NCBI GenBank assembly: GCA_963845595.1
Contig: CAWJSU010000003.1
Coordinates: forward strand, 353,045 to 417,044
Length of the DNA stretch: 64,000 nt
Source of the DNA: an uncultured Actinomycetota bacterium
GTDB taxonomy: Bacteria; Actinomycetota; Actinomycetes; Mycobacteriales; Mycobacteriaceae
Direction of reading: 5' to 3'
Below the pieces are notes generated by a model. The model worked only from the letters and a program-made list of their open reading frames with translations, was not told where the DNA came from and made no database searches. Positions 8,699-17,484 of the stretch are shown here, in pieces. The position numbers and the translations under genes were made by a program. Position 1 is the stretch's first letter, and each line of letters opens with the position of its first letter.

Positions 8699-10666
8699 CT
8701 ATTTCGGATCCCATCTCGAATACCGTGGGTAGTTATCGTATTTAAAGCCACTTACAAATTCTGCACCGGTGTTTTTGGCGATGTGGATGACGGCGTCGAT
8801 TGCCATCCGCATCGCAGGTTCGGTCCAACCCCCTTCCACCGAATATGCTTCGCCTGCACAATAGACGTGCGACTCCGCACTATGGTCTTGGTTGTACCTT
8901 AGCAACGTGTAGTCGTGTTCCCAACTTCGAGACCGTGTCAGTTTGGCGCAACCGCGGTACGTTGGCATCTTGGCCCAATGAATGACGCTCGGCTGGTCGC
9001 GATTGACGTAAGGCGAGATTGGCCTGTTGCGGGACTGCATGAGAATATCGTCGAGCTTGGTAAGGCAGCGCCGCGCGAGTGCTTCATCACTCGTCGATGC
9101 CAGTAGCTTGTTGGCGTCGTCCTCCCACGTATAACTAGCCAGCAGCACGCCCGGATCCGAGAACGCCTTGGTGGTCACTCCATAGCCATAAACACCCTGG
9201 ACGAACGTATCCGTGACCAGTGTTTGCGGGATGAATGGATCACCTGCAGGATTGAGCTCCTCCCAAAAGCGCCGAGTGAGCGGGAAAAACACCTTGCAAC
9301 TCGTGATCCAGTGCGACATCGCGACAGCGGCCTGCATGTTGAACGGCATGATGTGAGCGTCGAATCCTTCGAAGTTGATACTCATCTGCAGGGCCCAAGT
9401 CGAAGGAGTGATGACCACCGCGTCGTAGTCATTCTTGCGGGCTTTCGATTCGACGCGGACTCTTCCATCGTCGAGATGAGTGATTTTTTCGACACCGGTG
9501 CGGGTGTACAGGTTGACGTCATAGTCCGTCGATTGGATCGCGTCATACAAAGAGTCCGAGTCAACGACGCCGCTCTTGACAGGCTCATAGAAGAGGCATT
9601 CGGCGAAGGACTGCACCCCTAAATACTCGGGTGGCTGCAAGGAATGACCGAGGCTATCGGTTGGACGGGAGTCGAATTCTGGGCCCGGAGCATAGTCGCC
9701 GTCGGTGCCGAACTTGCCCTGGATCAACCGATGCCCCGACCCATAACCGAAGAGCAGCGTGCGTATCGGAAACAGACACGAGATGTCGTAGAACGCTCCC
9801 CAGCCGCCGTCACCCGCGCCAATCACGTAGAACAGGTTGGCTTCTTCGCCTTCCATCCCCAGCCCCCCGAAGTACCCGGGCTCTTTTTCGCTATAAGAGT
9901 CGATTTCCTTTTGGAAGACGAAGTCACGAAAGCTCATCGCCCAGTAATGCTGCACAAAGGCGTGCCAGAAGCCTTCCCATTCAACCCAACTTTGAGCATA
10001 TTTTTGCTGCGCAACACCTTTAAACAACTTCGCGAAGCGAGCCCATCTATGGTAAACAACTCTTAGCGTGTCGTCCGGCGGTTCTTGATCTTCTTTCTTC
10101 CAAATCAGAAGAGTGGGCGGCTTCTTGTCGTCCGGTTTAGGCTTCGCCATGTTCGGCCCATAACCACCGTTGACCCATACGCCGGTATCCGCTGTTGTGG
10201 CTCCCGGATTGGGAAACTCTTGCGTCTTGATCTTGAAGATTTTTCGGTAGAAGTCGAGGACGCAGTTTTGGCTTTCCACCCGATCGAAGAAAGGCATGCG
10301 CATAGCGCCCATCTCCATCGTTGTATGCTGGCCTTCGAGTCGCTTTGAGTAGGTCCGTCCGCCTATGCGCGAGCTGGCCTCATAAATATCGATGTTGATG
10401 TATCCGCAGCGAAAGAGTTCGCGCGCAGCGACGAGCCCAGCTACACCCGCCCCGATTATTGCGATACGTAACTTACGATCTTGATTTTCGGCTATCGACG
10501 AATCGTTTGCCAGCTCCAAGAGCCGATAATAGTTGAAGTTGAAATCCGCGGTATTCGGCCAGTGAAAACGCCAATCCTCTACTGGGTTTTGGCCGGCGGA
10601 CCCGCCGGCAGGCTGTGAACCGAGGGGTGCTTGCGCCTTGGAACCCTTGGTTGTTGAGGGTCGCAT
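8699..10666 (-). CDS. Flavin amine oxidase family, tryptophan/lysine 2-monooxygenase (IaaM/DavB)-like amino-acid oxidoreductase
   Basis: RIAIIGAGVAGLVAA, IGGRTYS, EMGAMRMP, SYTWEDDANKLL, AGEAYS.EGGW; ATG 10666 preceded by GGAAGGA. Confidence 0.8.
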   Translation of the reverse strand: MRPSTTKGSKAQAPLGSQPAGGSAGQNPVEDWRFHWPNTADFNFNYYRLLELANDSSIAENQDRKLRIAIIGAGVAGLVAARELFRCGYINIDIYEASSRIGGRTYSKRLEGQHTTMEMGAMRMPFFDRVESQNCVLDFYRKIFKIKTQEFPNPGATTADTGVWVNGGYGPNMAKPKPDDKKPPTLLIWKKEDQEPPDDTLRVVYHRWARFAKLFKGVAQQKYAQSWVEWEGFWHAFVQHYWAMSFRDFVFQKEIDSYSEKEPGYFGGLGMEGEEANLFYVIGAGDGGWGAFYDISCLFPIRTLLFGYGSGHRLIQGKFGTDGDYAPGPEFDSRPTDSLGHSLQPPEYLGVQSFAECLFYEPVKSGVVDSDSLYDAIQSTDYDVNLYTRTGVEKITHLDDGRVRVESKARKNDYDAVVITPSTWALQMSINFEGFDAHIMPFNMQAAVAMSHWITSCKVFFPLTRRFWEELNPAGDPFIPQTLVTDTFVQGVYGYGVTTKAFSDPGVLLASYTWEDDANKLLASTSDEALARRCLTKLDDILMQSRNRPISPYVNRDQPSVIHWAKMPTYRGCAKLTRSRSWEHDYTLLRYNQDHSAESHVYCAGEAYSVEGGWTEPAMRMAIDAVIHIAKNTGAEFVSGFKYDNYPRYSRWDPK

Positions 10667-10698
10667 CGTTGACCGTCCTTCCATGCGCTGTGGCGCTA

Positions 10699-10718
10699 CT
10701 CGCTATAACTCGCTATAA
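10699..10718. promoter_or_regulatory. 10-bp direct repeat CTCGCTATAA x2 upstream of the IaaM-like gene, candidate regulator binding site
   Basis: Exact tandem duplication ~35-50 bp upstream of the start codon; function inferred. Confidence 0.4.
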
Positions 10719-10858
10719 CAGGGTTTGGGTCGAATTGAAACGTCGGACACAACTTTTGGCCCCGTCGCCGGATCCCAGATCCGACCGACCGGCCGGCACG
10801 GTGGCGGCGCGACGTGCATCGTGTACCTCCCGCTGGGGGGCTGCGCTTGGGTGAGGGA

Positions 10859-13543
10859 CTAACTGTTGTGGGCTGCGGGTGTGTGGGTGTCGAAATTTCG
10901 TGCCGCGAGCGAACGCGCAACGTCAGCCTTCCCCTCGCGCACAATGCGCTTCAACGCCGAGGGCACATCGCCCTGTAGTAGGAAAGCGTGAGCAGCGTCG
11001 ACCGCGCTCGAGCTGACGTCCCAGGAGGGATAAAGATTTGTGGCAAGGGTCTTTTGGACCTCCGGGGAACGTGACTGCCAGACCGGCAGGATGTTGGCGA
11101 AGTACTGCGATGTGTAGTCGCGCAGTAGATCCTCCTGTCCAGGGGAGTTAAAGCCGGCGCTGATTGCGCGCGCCGCGCTGTTGGCGAGCTCGGTCTTGGT
11201 CATCAGTTGTTGCCAGGCCCCGTCTTTGACCTTGCGCTGCGGACGCGAGGCTCTGGCTTGTTCGGCGTTGCGCTGGCCTTGGTCAGACTTGTCGGCATTC
11301 GCCTGTGCGTCGATGAATGGAGATTCGGGGCTTTGCCCGTCGATGACTCCCGCTGTGGCCAGCCCGATGATAATGCGCCACCGCAGATCAATATCCACCT
11401 TCGGGTCGGGCAGATGCAGTTTTTCGGGATCGTCGGTGCTGAGCAGCGCCTGCAGCAGATCGGTATGCCGAGGAGAGAGGACCGAGGTGCATAGCGTGTT
11501 GACATAGGCGAGTTGTGCGTCCGAACCGGGTACCGCACCTTGGGCCAGGGTGTTCAGCGTGTCGGCAAACCCCGGCCAACCTACGTCCCGCGCCCACGCG
11601 GGGTCGGCGTAGTAGCGCAGCGCTGTTTGAGTCTGCGCCAGCAGTTGCTCGGCCACGGTGGGTTCGGTCTCGTACTGCACGCTTGTTGCCACTTGTTCGA
11701 CGTAGTCGCGGGCAGCCAGCTCTGCTCCGCGGGTCATCTCCCACAGGGTCGACCATGCCAGGCTGCGTGGCAGTGGGTCTTTGATGTCGCCGATCCGTGC
11801 TCGCACCGTCTGCAGCGATATTGGGTCCAGGCGCTGGGAACAATACGTCAAGTCCTCGTCGTTGACGAGGATCAGCTTGCCGCGCGAAAAACCAATCAGG
11901 GCAAGCACATCAGCCTTTTCACCTGCGATGGCTACCCGTTCTGGTCCGTGCACCCGGACCAGCTTGCCCGAGTCGTTATCGTCGTAGATGCCGATCGCAA
12001 TGTGGTGGGTGCGGAGCTGACCGGGCGGAGGTGTTACGTCGTCGGTGGGTTCCGGGGCGCCGGGGACCGCTCGGCTTTGGGTGACCGCGAAGCGGGTGAA
12101 TCTGTTGTCGGCGTCGACGTCGAAGTCGGCACGCAGCCTGTTGATTCCTGTTGTTTCCAGCCACTGGTGGCCCCATTCCGACAGGTCAACGCGAGCTGCC
12201 TTGCCCAGGGCGTCGCGTAGGTCCCTGAACGTCGCGTTCTGGTACTTGTGGGTGCCGAAATAGTCTCGTAGGCCTTGTAAGAATGCGTCTTGGCCGATGT
12301 ATGCGACTAATTGCTTGAGCACGCTGGCACCCTTGCGGTACGTGATGCCATCGAAGTTGTTGAGGACGTCTTCGAGGTTGTTCATGTCGGCGATCACGGG
12401 GTGTGTCGTAGGCATTTCGTCTTGGCGGTAAGCCTTTGCTTTTTCGGTGTTGGCGAACGTCGTCCAGGCTTGCTTGAAGTCGGTGGCGTCAGCCTGGCAC
12501 CAAAACGAGGCGTAGGTGGCGAATGATTCGTTGAGCCACAGGTCATCCCACCATTTCATGGTCACCAGGTCGCCGAACCACATGTGCGCCAGTTCATGGG
12601 CGATGGTGTCGGCGCGCTTCTCGTAGGCGGCGTTTGTCACTTTGCCGCGGAAGATCTGGTCTTCGGTGAGCACCACGGCGCCAACGTTTTCCATCCCGCT
12701 GTAGTTAAATTGCGGCACGAAGATTTGATCGTATTTGCCGAACGGGTAGGGCAAATGAAAGTTATTGTGGTAGAACGCAAAGCACTTTTTGGTCAAATCG
12801 AAAACCGCCTTGGCATCCATAAACTTCTCTAGCTTCTGGCGGCAGAAGATACGCAGGGGGATGCTGCCGAATTGGTCACCGTAGGTGTCGTCGTGGACCG
12901 CGTAGGGTCCGGCGATGAAGGCGACGAGATAGGTGCTCATCCGCTCGGTGGCCGCAAAGGTGTGCTTCGTTGCGCCACCGTCAGGCTCCATGTTGGTCGT
13001 CGCACCGCTGGATATGACCTGCCAGTGCTTGGGCGCGGTGACGGTCACATCGAACTGGGCTTTGAGGTCGGGCTGGTCAAAGCAGGCGAAGACTCGTCTG
13101 GCGTCTGCAGGCTCAAACTGGGTGTACAGGTAGACCTCATCGCGGTCTTGGTTTTCAACATCGTGGTCTTGCTTCTCAACGAAGCGGTGCAGGCCCTCAC
13201 CGGAATTGGAGTAGCTGCACAAGGCGTCGACAACCAGGACGTTGTGTCCGGTTAGTTCGCTCAGGTGTATCCGGCCGTCTTTTTCGACGCCGGAAGTATC
13301 GACGTCCTTTCCGTTGAGGGTGGCACTTCGGACCTCGGATGCGATGAGATCTACAAAGCTGCTGGCGCCTGGGGTTGCAATGAACTCCACTGTCGTAATA
13401 GAGCGGAACGTGCCTTGCCCCGGGCGGCCGCTTCCGTCTGTGACGTCGAGGTGGATTTGATAGCGGTTGACATTCCCGATGGCTCGGGCCCGCTCATCGG
13501 CGTCTTTGCGGGAGAGCTGCGGGGTGACTGTTTGTGCTTGCAC
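10859..13543 (-). CDS. pepN: Aminopeptidase N (M1 family), accessory lower-GC copy
   Basis: GEGLHRF, YLYTQFEPADARRVFACFDQPDLKA, SGMEN (GXMEN variant), HELAHMWFG, WLNESFA, FDGITYRKGASVLKQL; GTG start after GGAAGGA. Confidence 0.88.
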   Translation of the reverse strand: MQAQTVTPQLSRKDADERARAIGNVNRYQIHLDVTDGSGRPGQGTFRSITTVEFIATPGASSFVDLIASEVRSATLNGKDVDTSGVEKDGRIHLSELTGHNVLVVDALCSYSNSGEGLHRFVEKQDHDVENQDRDEVYLYTQFEPADARRVFACFDQPDLKAQFDVTVTAPKHWQVISSGATTNMEPDGGATKHTFAATERMSTYLVAFIAGPYAVHDDTYGDQFGSIPLRIFCRQKLEKFMDAKAVFDLTKKCFAFYHNNFHLPYPFGKYDQIFVPQFNYSGMENVGAVVLTEDQIFRGKVTNAAYEKRADTIAHELAHMWFGDLVTMKWWDDLWLNESFATYASFWCQADATDFKQAWTTFANTEKAKAYRQDEMPTTHPVIADMNNLEDVLNNFDGITYRKGASVLKQLVAYIGQDAFLQGLRDYFGTHKYQNATFRDLRDALGKAARVDLSEWGHQWLETTGINRLRADFDVDADNRFTRFAVTQSRAVPGAPEPTDDVTPPPGQLRTHHIAIGIYDDNDSGKLVRVHGPERVAIAGEKADVLALIGFSRGKLILVNDEDLTYCSQRLDPISLQTVRARIGDIKDPLPRSLAWSTLWEMTRGAELAARDYVEQVATSVQYETEPTVAEQLLAQTQTALRYYADPAWARDVGWPGFADTLNTLAQGAVPGSDAQLAYVNTLCTSVLSPRHTDLLQALLSTDDPEKLHLPDPKVDIDLRWRIIIGLATAGVIDGQSPESPFIDAQANADKSDQGQRNAEQARASRPQRKVKDGAWQQLMTKTELANSAARAISAGFNSPGQEDLLRDYTSQYFANILPVWQSRSPEVQKTLATNLYPSWDVSSSAVDAAHAFLLQGDVPSALKRIVREGKADVARSLAARNFDTHTPAAHNS

Positions 13544-14346
13544 TGTCTGTCCTTCCGTGGCCCCTCATTTGGCTGCAAACAGCATTCCAGAGACGCCGTC
13601 TCGGTTAAAGGCTAAAAGGCTTAATTCACCTCGACACTCAAACGGTCACTGCGCCCACCTCGCCGCCCGGCGAGCTGCCATCGCAGACGATCAACGGTTG
13701 GGTGTTGGGCGGCGTCACGTCGACCCGGGGACGGCGGCATCGTTTGCCTCCCATCTGATCAGCTGACGCGCGACTTGGCGGGCCGGGACCTGCGCTGCCT
13801 TAACCCCTGAGGCGCGATTGGTTGTCGACGTGTTGCGTGGTTTTGTTCCGCTCGAGTGATCGTGTCAAGGGCCACGACGGCTGACACGCGTAGTGCACTA
13901 CTCGTTCGTGCCCCGGCCCGTCGCGTCATCTCAATGAGCGGCTAGGCGTCCGCGGTGCCGGCGCGCTTACGGGCCCGGGCTCGTCGCGTCAGCGCGCGCG
14001 TTGTAGACGGTATGGCGGCTTGCTGAGGCCGAAGGCCTCGTGGTGCAGAACGATTCGTGGTTTGCTGATGTCGTGTTGAACGGCACTCGGTATGGGGATC
14101 GCCGCGTCACTGTGGGTGAGGACGTGCAGTCGAGTCGTGTGCGGCGGCATGATGACCACGATCGGGATCGGCCGAGGAACCGGCGCCTTGCCGGTACGGC
14201 GTTGGTGATCATGGTGACGGTCGCAGTCAGAAGGGACCTGCTGGGGCAGAACCGATTCCGAACGATCTGACAGCAACACCAGTTGGCCCCTTCCTGGCCA
14301 GGACGTGATAGACCACGCTGGTGGCTCATGCGCGCCGGAGCACCCG

Positions 14347-14928
14347 ATGATCGTCGTCCGTACGGCCGAGGCGGCCGAGCAGGCCCTGACCGAGGGCCAG
14401 CTGGTCTGCCCCCGCCGCGGATGCGGCGACACCTTGCAGCGGTGGGGATATGGCCGCAGCCGGCACGTCCGCAGCCTCGGCGCGGAGGTGATCGACGTGC
14501 GGCCCCAGCGGGTGCGTTGCCGCAGATGCGAAACCACCCATGTGCTTCTGCCAGCGGCGCTACAGCCACGCCGGGCCGATACCACAGAGGTGATCGGCAC
14601 CGCACTGGCCCACAAAGCCGCAGGCATCGGGCATCGGCGGATCGCAGCTGCGCTGAGCCGCTCACCGTCGACCGTGCGCCGCTGGCTACGGCGCGCCCGT
14701 GATCACGCCCATCTGACCCAGCTGTGGCAGTGCGGCGCCCAAGCACTCATCCGCCTCAACGCCGACGCATTCAACGACCTGCCCGGGACCGGCAAGCTAC
14801 TGCGCGACGCCCTGACCATGCTGGCCGCCGCGGCCTGGTGGACCCAGCGCCGGCTGGGCATCAACGAACCCCTGTGGACCCTCATCGGACTGCACAGCCA
14901 CGGCAGGCTTCTGGCGCCGCCGGGCTGA
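14347..14928 (+). CDS. Zinc-ribbon + helix-turn-helix protein (DUF6431-like, transposon-associated)
   Basis: CPRRGC ... CRRC Cys pairs, THVLLP, HTH GIGHRRIAAALSRSPSTVRRWLRR; no DDE domain. Confidence 0.65.
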   Translation: MIVVRTAEAAEQALTEGQLVCPRRGCGDTLQRWGYGRSRHVRSLGAEVIDVRPQRVRCRRCETTHVLLPAALQPRRADTTEVIGTALAHKAAGIGHRRIAAALSRSPSTVRRWLRRARDHAHLTQLWQCGAQALIRLNADAFNDLPGTGKLLRDALTMLAAAAWWTQRRLGINEPLWTLIGLHSHGRLLAPPG

Positions 14929-14985
14929 TTCGCCTTGCGGCCCGGCTCCTCGGCCGGGCTCACGCGCCTGCGCGCCCACCTGCCT

Positions 14986-15057
14986 CCGTCACCGTGAACA
15001 CCAACCCAGCCGTCAGTCCGTCACCGTGAACATCACGGCGTCACCGTGCACACCAAC
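14986..15057 (+). repeat. Three copies of CGTCACCGTG(A/C)ACA
   Basis: Copies at 14986, 15018 and 15038. Confidence 0.85.
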
Positions 15058-15116
15058 TGCCGCCGTTCGTCCTCACCGACAGTGCCGCCATCGTGTTCAT
15101 TTTGAATGCCAGGCAA

Positions 15117-17345
15117 GTGCGCCACGAGGCGCTGGATAGATCGAGAGGTGGTGAGAGACCGTCTCCCTCGGGCCGTCGCAGCGGCCTGGGAGAAGCTGGG
15201 GGCAGCCCGATCCGGGGAACGCCGGTGAGGGTGGCAAGCGGCCCCGACAAAGGCGAGACGTGCTGGCACTGCCAGACGGTACGGGCTCGCCGAGCAAGGT
15301 CAGAAGGTACAGCGTGAGCGAACCAGTGGTTGACGCCCCGTAACCGTTCAACCGGCTCGAATCTGGTGGATATGGGCCGGAATGCAGCGCACAGCTACCA
15401 CCACGATCCCCTGAAGGGAATTTGTGGTGGTGGTTGACTCCGAAGCCGTCTTTGTCTGTCGGTGGGGAGGCCGCGTCGAAGGTCTGCGGCGTAGGTGCGG
15501 CGATGCTGCCGGGGTAGAGCTGGGTGCCTCCCTGACCGATCGATCGTTCGGTGAACGTGGGAACCATCCCGCGCTCCGCCCACCCGGTCCGGGCAGCCGG
15601 TCCGGTTCGGGTGGAAGGCCCGTGTCCGGCCGAGGAGCGCTGGGGTGGGGCGGAGGTCCCGTAGTAGTCGCGGGCGTGACGACCCGTCGAGGAGGTCGCG
15701 AGAGGCGACCACAGGGCAAAGGGGACCAGCAAGACAGCAGTGGAAGTTCTGGAATGTCAGGAGGAGTGGTCGCCGGTGAATACCGACGAATTCGAGCACG
15801 CTGTGTGTGAGGCGCGCCGACGGGTACTGAAGATCCAGACCAAGCTGCACTGTTGGGCTCGCGATGATCCTCATCGCCGGTTCGACGACCTGTTCAACCT
15901 CGTTGCCGACCCCGCATTCTTGTTGGTGGCGTGGGATCGGGTGAGCGGGAACAAGGGTGCCGCAACGGCCGGGGTGGACGGGCGTACCGCTCGTTCGGTC
16001 GCGGCGTTGCAGGGTGTCGAGGAGTTCCTCGACGAGCTGCGGAACAGTTTGAAGGACCGTAGTTTCCGCCCGTTGCCGGTGCGTGAGCGGATGATTCCGA
16101 AGGCGAATGGAAAGTTGCGTCGTTTAGGGATTCCCACCGTGGCGGATCGGGTGGTCCAGGCATCGTTGAAGCTGGTGTTGGAGCCGATTTTCGAGGCTGA
16201 GTTTCTACCGTGCTCCTACGGTTTCCGCCCGAAACGTCGGACTCATGACGCGGTGGCCGAGGTTCGTTTCTTCACGACCCGTCCTCGTTGCTACGAGTGG
16301 ATCGTGGAGGGCGACATCAAAGCCTGTTTCGACGAAATCGCGCATCCGGCCCTCATGGACCGGGTGCGTCGGCGCGTCGGAGATAAACGCGTTCTGGTTC
16401 TGGCGAAGGCGTTCCTGAAGGCGGGCATCCTCACCGAGGAACGCCACTTGGAGGACACCACCGCCGGCACCCCGCAGGGTGGAATTTTGTCGCCATTGTT
16501 GGCTAATGTCGCGTTGTCGGTGCTGGACGAATATATCGCCCAGGCTCCTGGTGGGCCGAGCACCGGCAAGACGGAGCGGGCAAGACGGCTCCGACACGGA
16601 CTACCGAATTTTTGGCTGGTCCGCTATGCCGACGACTGGTGTCTGATGGTCAAGGGCACCAGGGCTGACGCCGAGGCGCTGCAGGAGCAGATCGCCGCCG
16701 TGTTGGCGATGATGGGATTGCGTCTGTCACCGGACAAGACCCTGATCACCCATATCGACGAGGGGCTGGATTTCCTCGGGTGGCACATCCAGCGTCACCG
16801 CAAACGGGGAACCAGCCGTTCCTACGTCTACACCTATCCGTCAAAGAAAGCCGTTCAGGCCGCCATGCGGAAGGTCAAGACGATTTCACGACAGGTCTCG
16901 ACCAACCAGCCAATCGATGAACTGCTGCGCCGCTTGAACGCGACGTTGCGGGGATGGGCTGGGCATTTCCGGGCCGGGGTGTCCTCGGCTGTCTTCTCCT
17001 ACCTCAACCACTATGCGTGGCAAACGGTTTGGCGATGGATACGCCGCAAACACCCGAAATCGACCTGGAAACACCTCCGCCGGCAGTACTGCGGCGGACG
17101 ATGGTGGCCAACCGGAGACGAGATGACACTGATCGATCTGTCCAAGATCGGCACGACCCGATACCGCTACCGCGGATCGGTCATCCCGACGCCCTGGCCG
17201 GTCACCGCCGACGAGGAGCACCACGACACCGCAACGGGTCTTGTGGAGAGCCCGGTGCATTGAGAGATGCACGCCGGGTTCGGGAAGCGGCCCGGAGAAA
17301 CGGAACAGCCGCAAGGCTGTCACCGCGCTCCGGGCCGACTTTCAC
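15117..17345 (+). mobile_element. Group II intron (ribozyme + RT/maturase), actinobacterial type
   Basis: 5' GTGCGCC at 15117; domain V GAGCCCGGTGCAT...ATGCACGCCGGGTTC at ~17248-17282; domain VI ending ...GACTTTCAC (AC) at 17345; candidate EBS1 TTGTCT (15452-15457) pairs with the 5' exon AGGCAA. Confidence 0.9.
15776..17263 (+). CDS. ltrA: Group II intron reverse transcriptase/maturase, no endonuclease domain evident
   Basis: TAGVDG, RPLPVRERMIPK, LGIPTVADRVVQ, SYGFRP, GTPQGGILSPLLAN, RYADDW, LDFLG, LRGWAGHF; GTG 15776 after AGGAGGAG. Confidence 0.93.
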   Translation: MNTDEFEHAVCEARRRVLKIQTKLHCWARDDPHRRFDDLFNLVADPAFLLVAWDRVSGNKGAATAGVDGRTARSVAALQGVEEFLDELRNSLKDRSFRPLPVRERMIPKANGKLRRLGIPTVADRVVQASLKLVLEPIFEAEFLPCSYGFRPKRRTHDAVAEVRFFTTRPRCYEWIVEGDIKACFDEIAHPALMDRVRRRVGDKRVLVLAKAFLKAGILTEERHLEDTTAGTPQGGILSPLLANVALSVLDEYIAQAPGGPSTGKTERARRLRHGLPNFWLVRYADDWCLMVKGTRADAEALQEQIAAVLAMMGLRLSPDKTLITHIDEGLDFLGWHIQRHRKRGTSRSYVYTYPSKKAVQAAMRKVKTISRQVSTNQPIDELLRRLNATLRGWAGHFRAGVSSAVFSYLNHYAWQTVWRWIRRKHPKSTWKHLRRQYCGGRWWPTGDEMTLIDLSKIGTTRYRYRGSVIPTPWPVTADEEHHDTATGLVESPVH

Positions 17346-17415
17346 CAATGTCGCCGATGTTGCGCGCGATGGCAAAGTCGGTCAACACAACCCGGCGGTC
17401 GCCGTCGGTATCTGT
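17346..17415 (-). pseudogene. Possible relic of a Ser/Thr kinase (subdomain VII, DFG-like)
   Basis: Translates as TDTDGDRRVVLTDFAIARNIGDI, resembling PknF/PknI-type RRILLADFGIAR; short and degenerate. Confidence 0.35.
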
Positions 17416-17484
17416 TGGCCGCCAGTAGATGCCGGCAGTGCGGGCCGTTGTCGACTGTGCGATTCGCGGCCTGAGCTTAGGGGT

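Larger units (their letters stand above)
14111..15081. mobile_element. Putative non-autonomous transposon (~971 bp) with TGT...ACA termini and internal repeats
   Basis: Left end TGTGGGTGAGGACG vs reverse complement of right end TGTCGGTGAGGACG (13/14); inverted 20-mer at 14201-14220 matches 14986-15005 (18/20); no target duplication seen. Confidence 0.55.

Noticed and set aside
10696-10944. Small ORF between pepN and the IaaM-like gene as a RiPP precursor
   Set aside because: It overlaps the pepN end, lacks an SD and a leader/core pattern, and no RiPP recognition or maturation enzyme is evident
13967-14746. Minus-strand ORFs of 212-259 aa over the mini-element
   Set aside because: Arg/Pro/Ser-rich shadow frames antisense to the HTH gene, with no motifs
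14986-15057. Possible CRISPR array
   Set aside because: Only three short units with 5-17-nt gaps, no unique spacers of consistent length and no cas genes; better explained as transposon-end repeats
14101-15090. Target-site duplication for the mini-element
   Set aside because: Flanks GTCAC / GTGCC do not match, so no TSD is claimed
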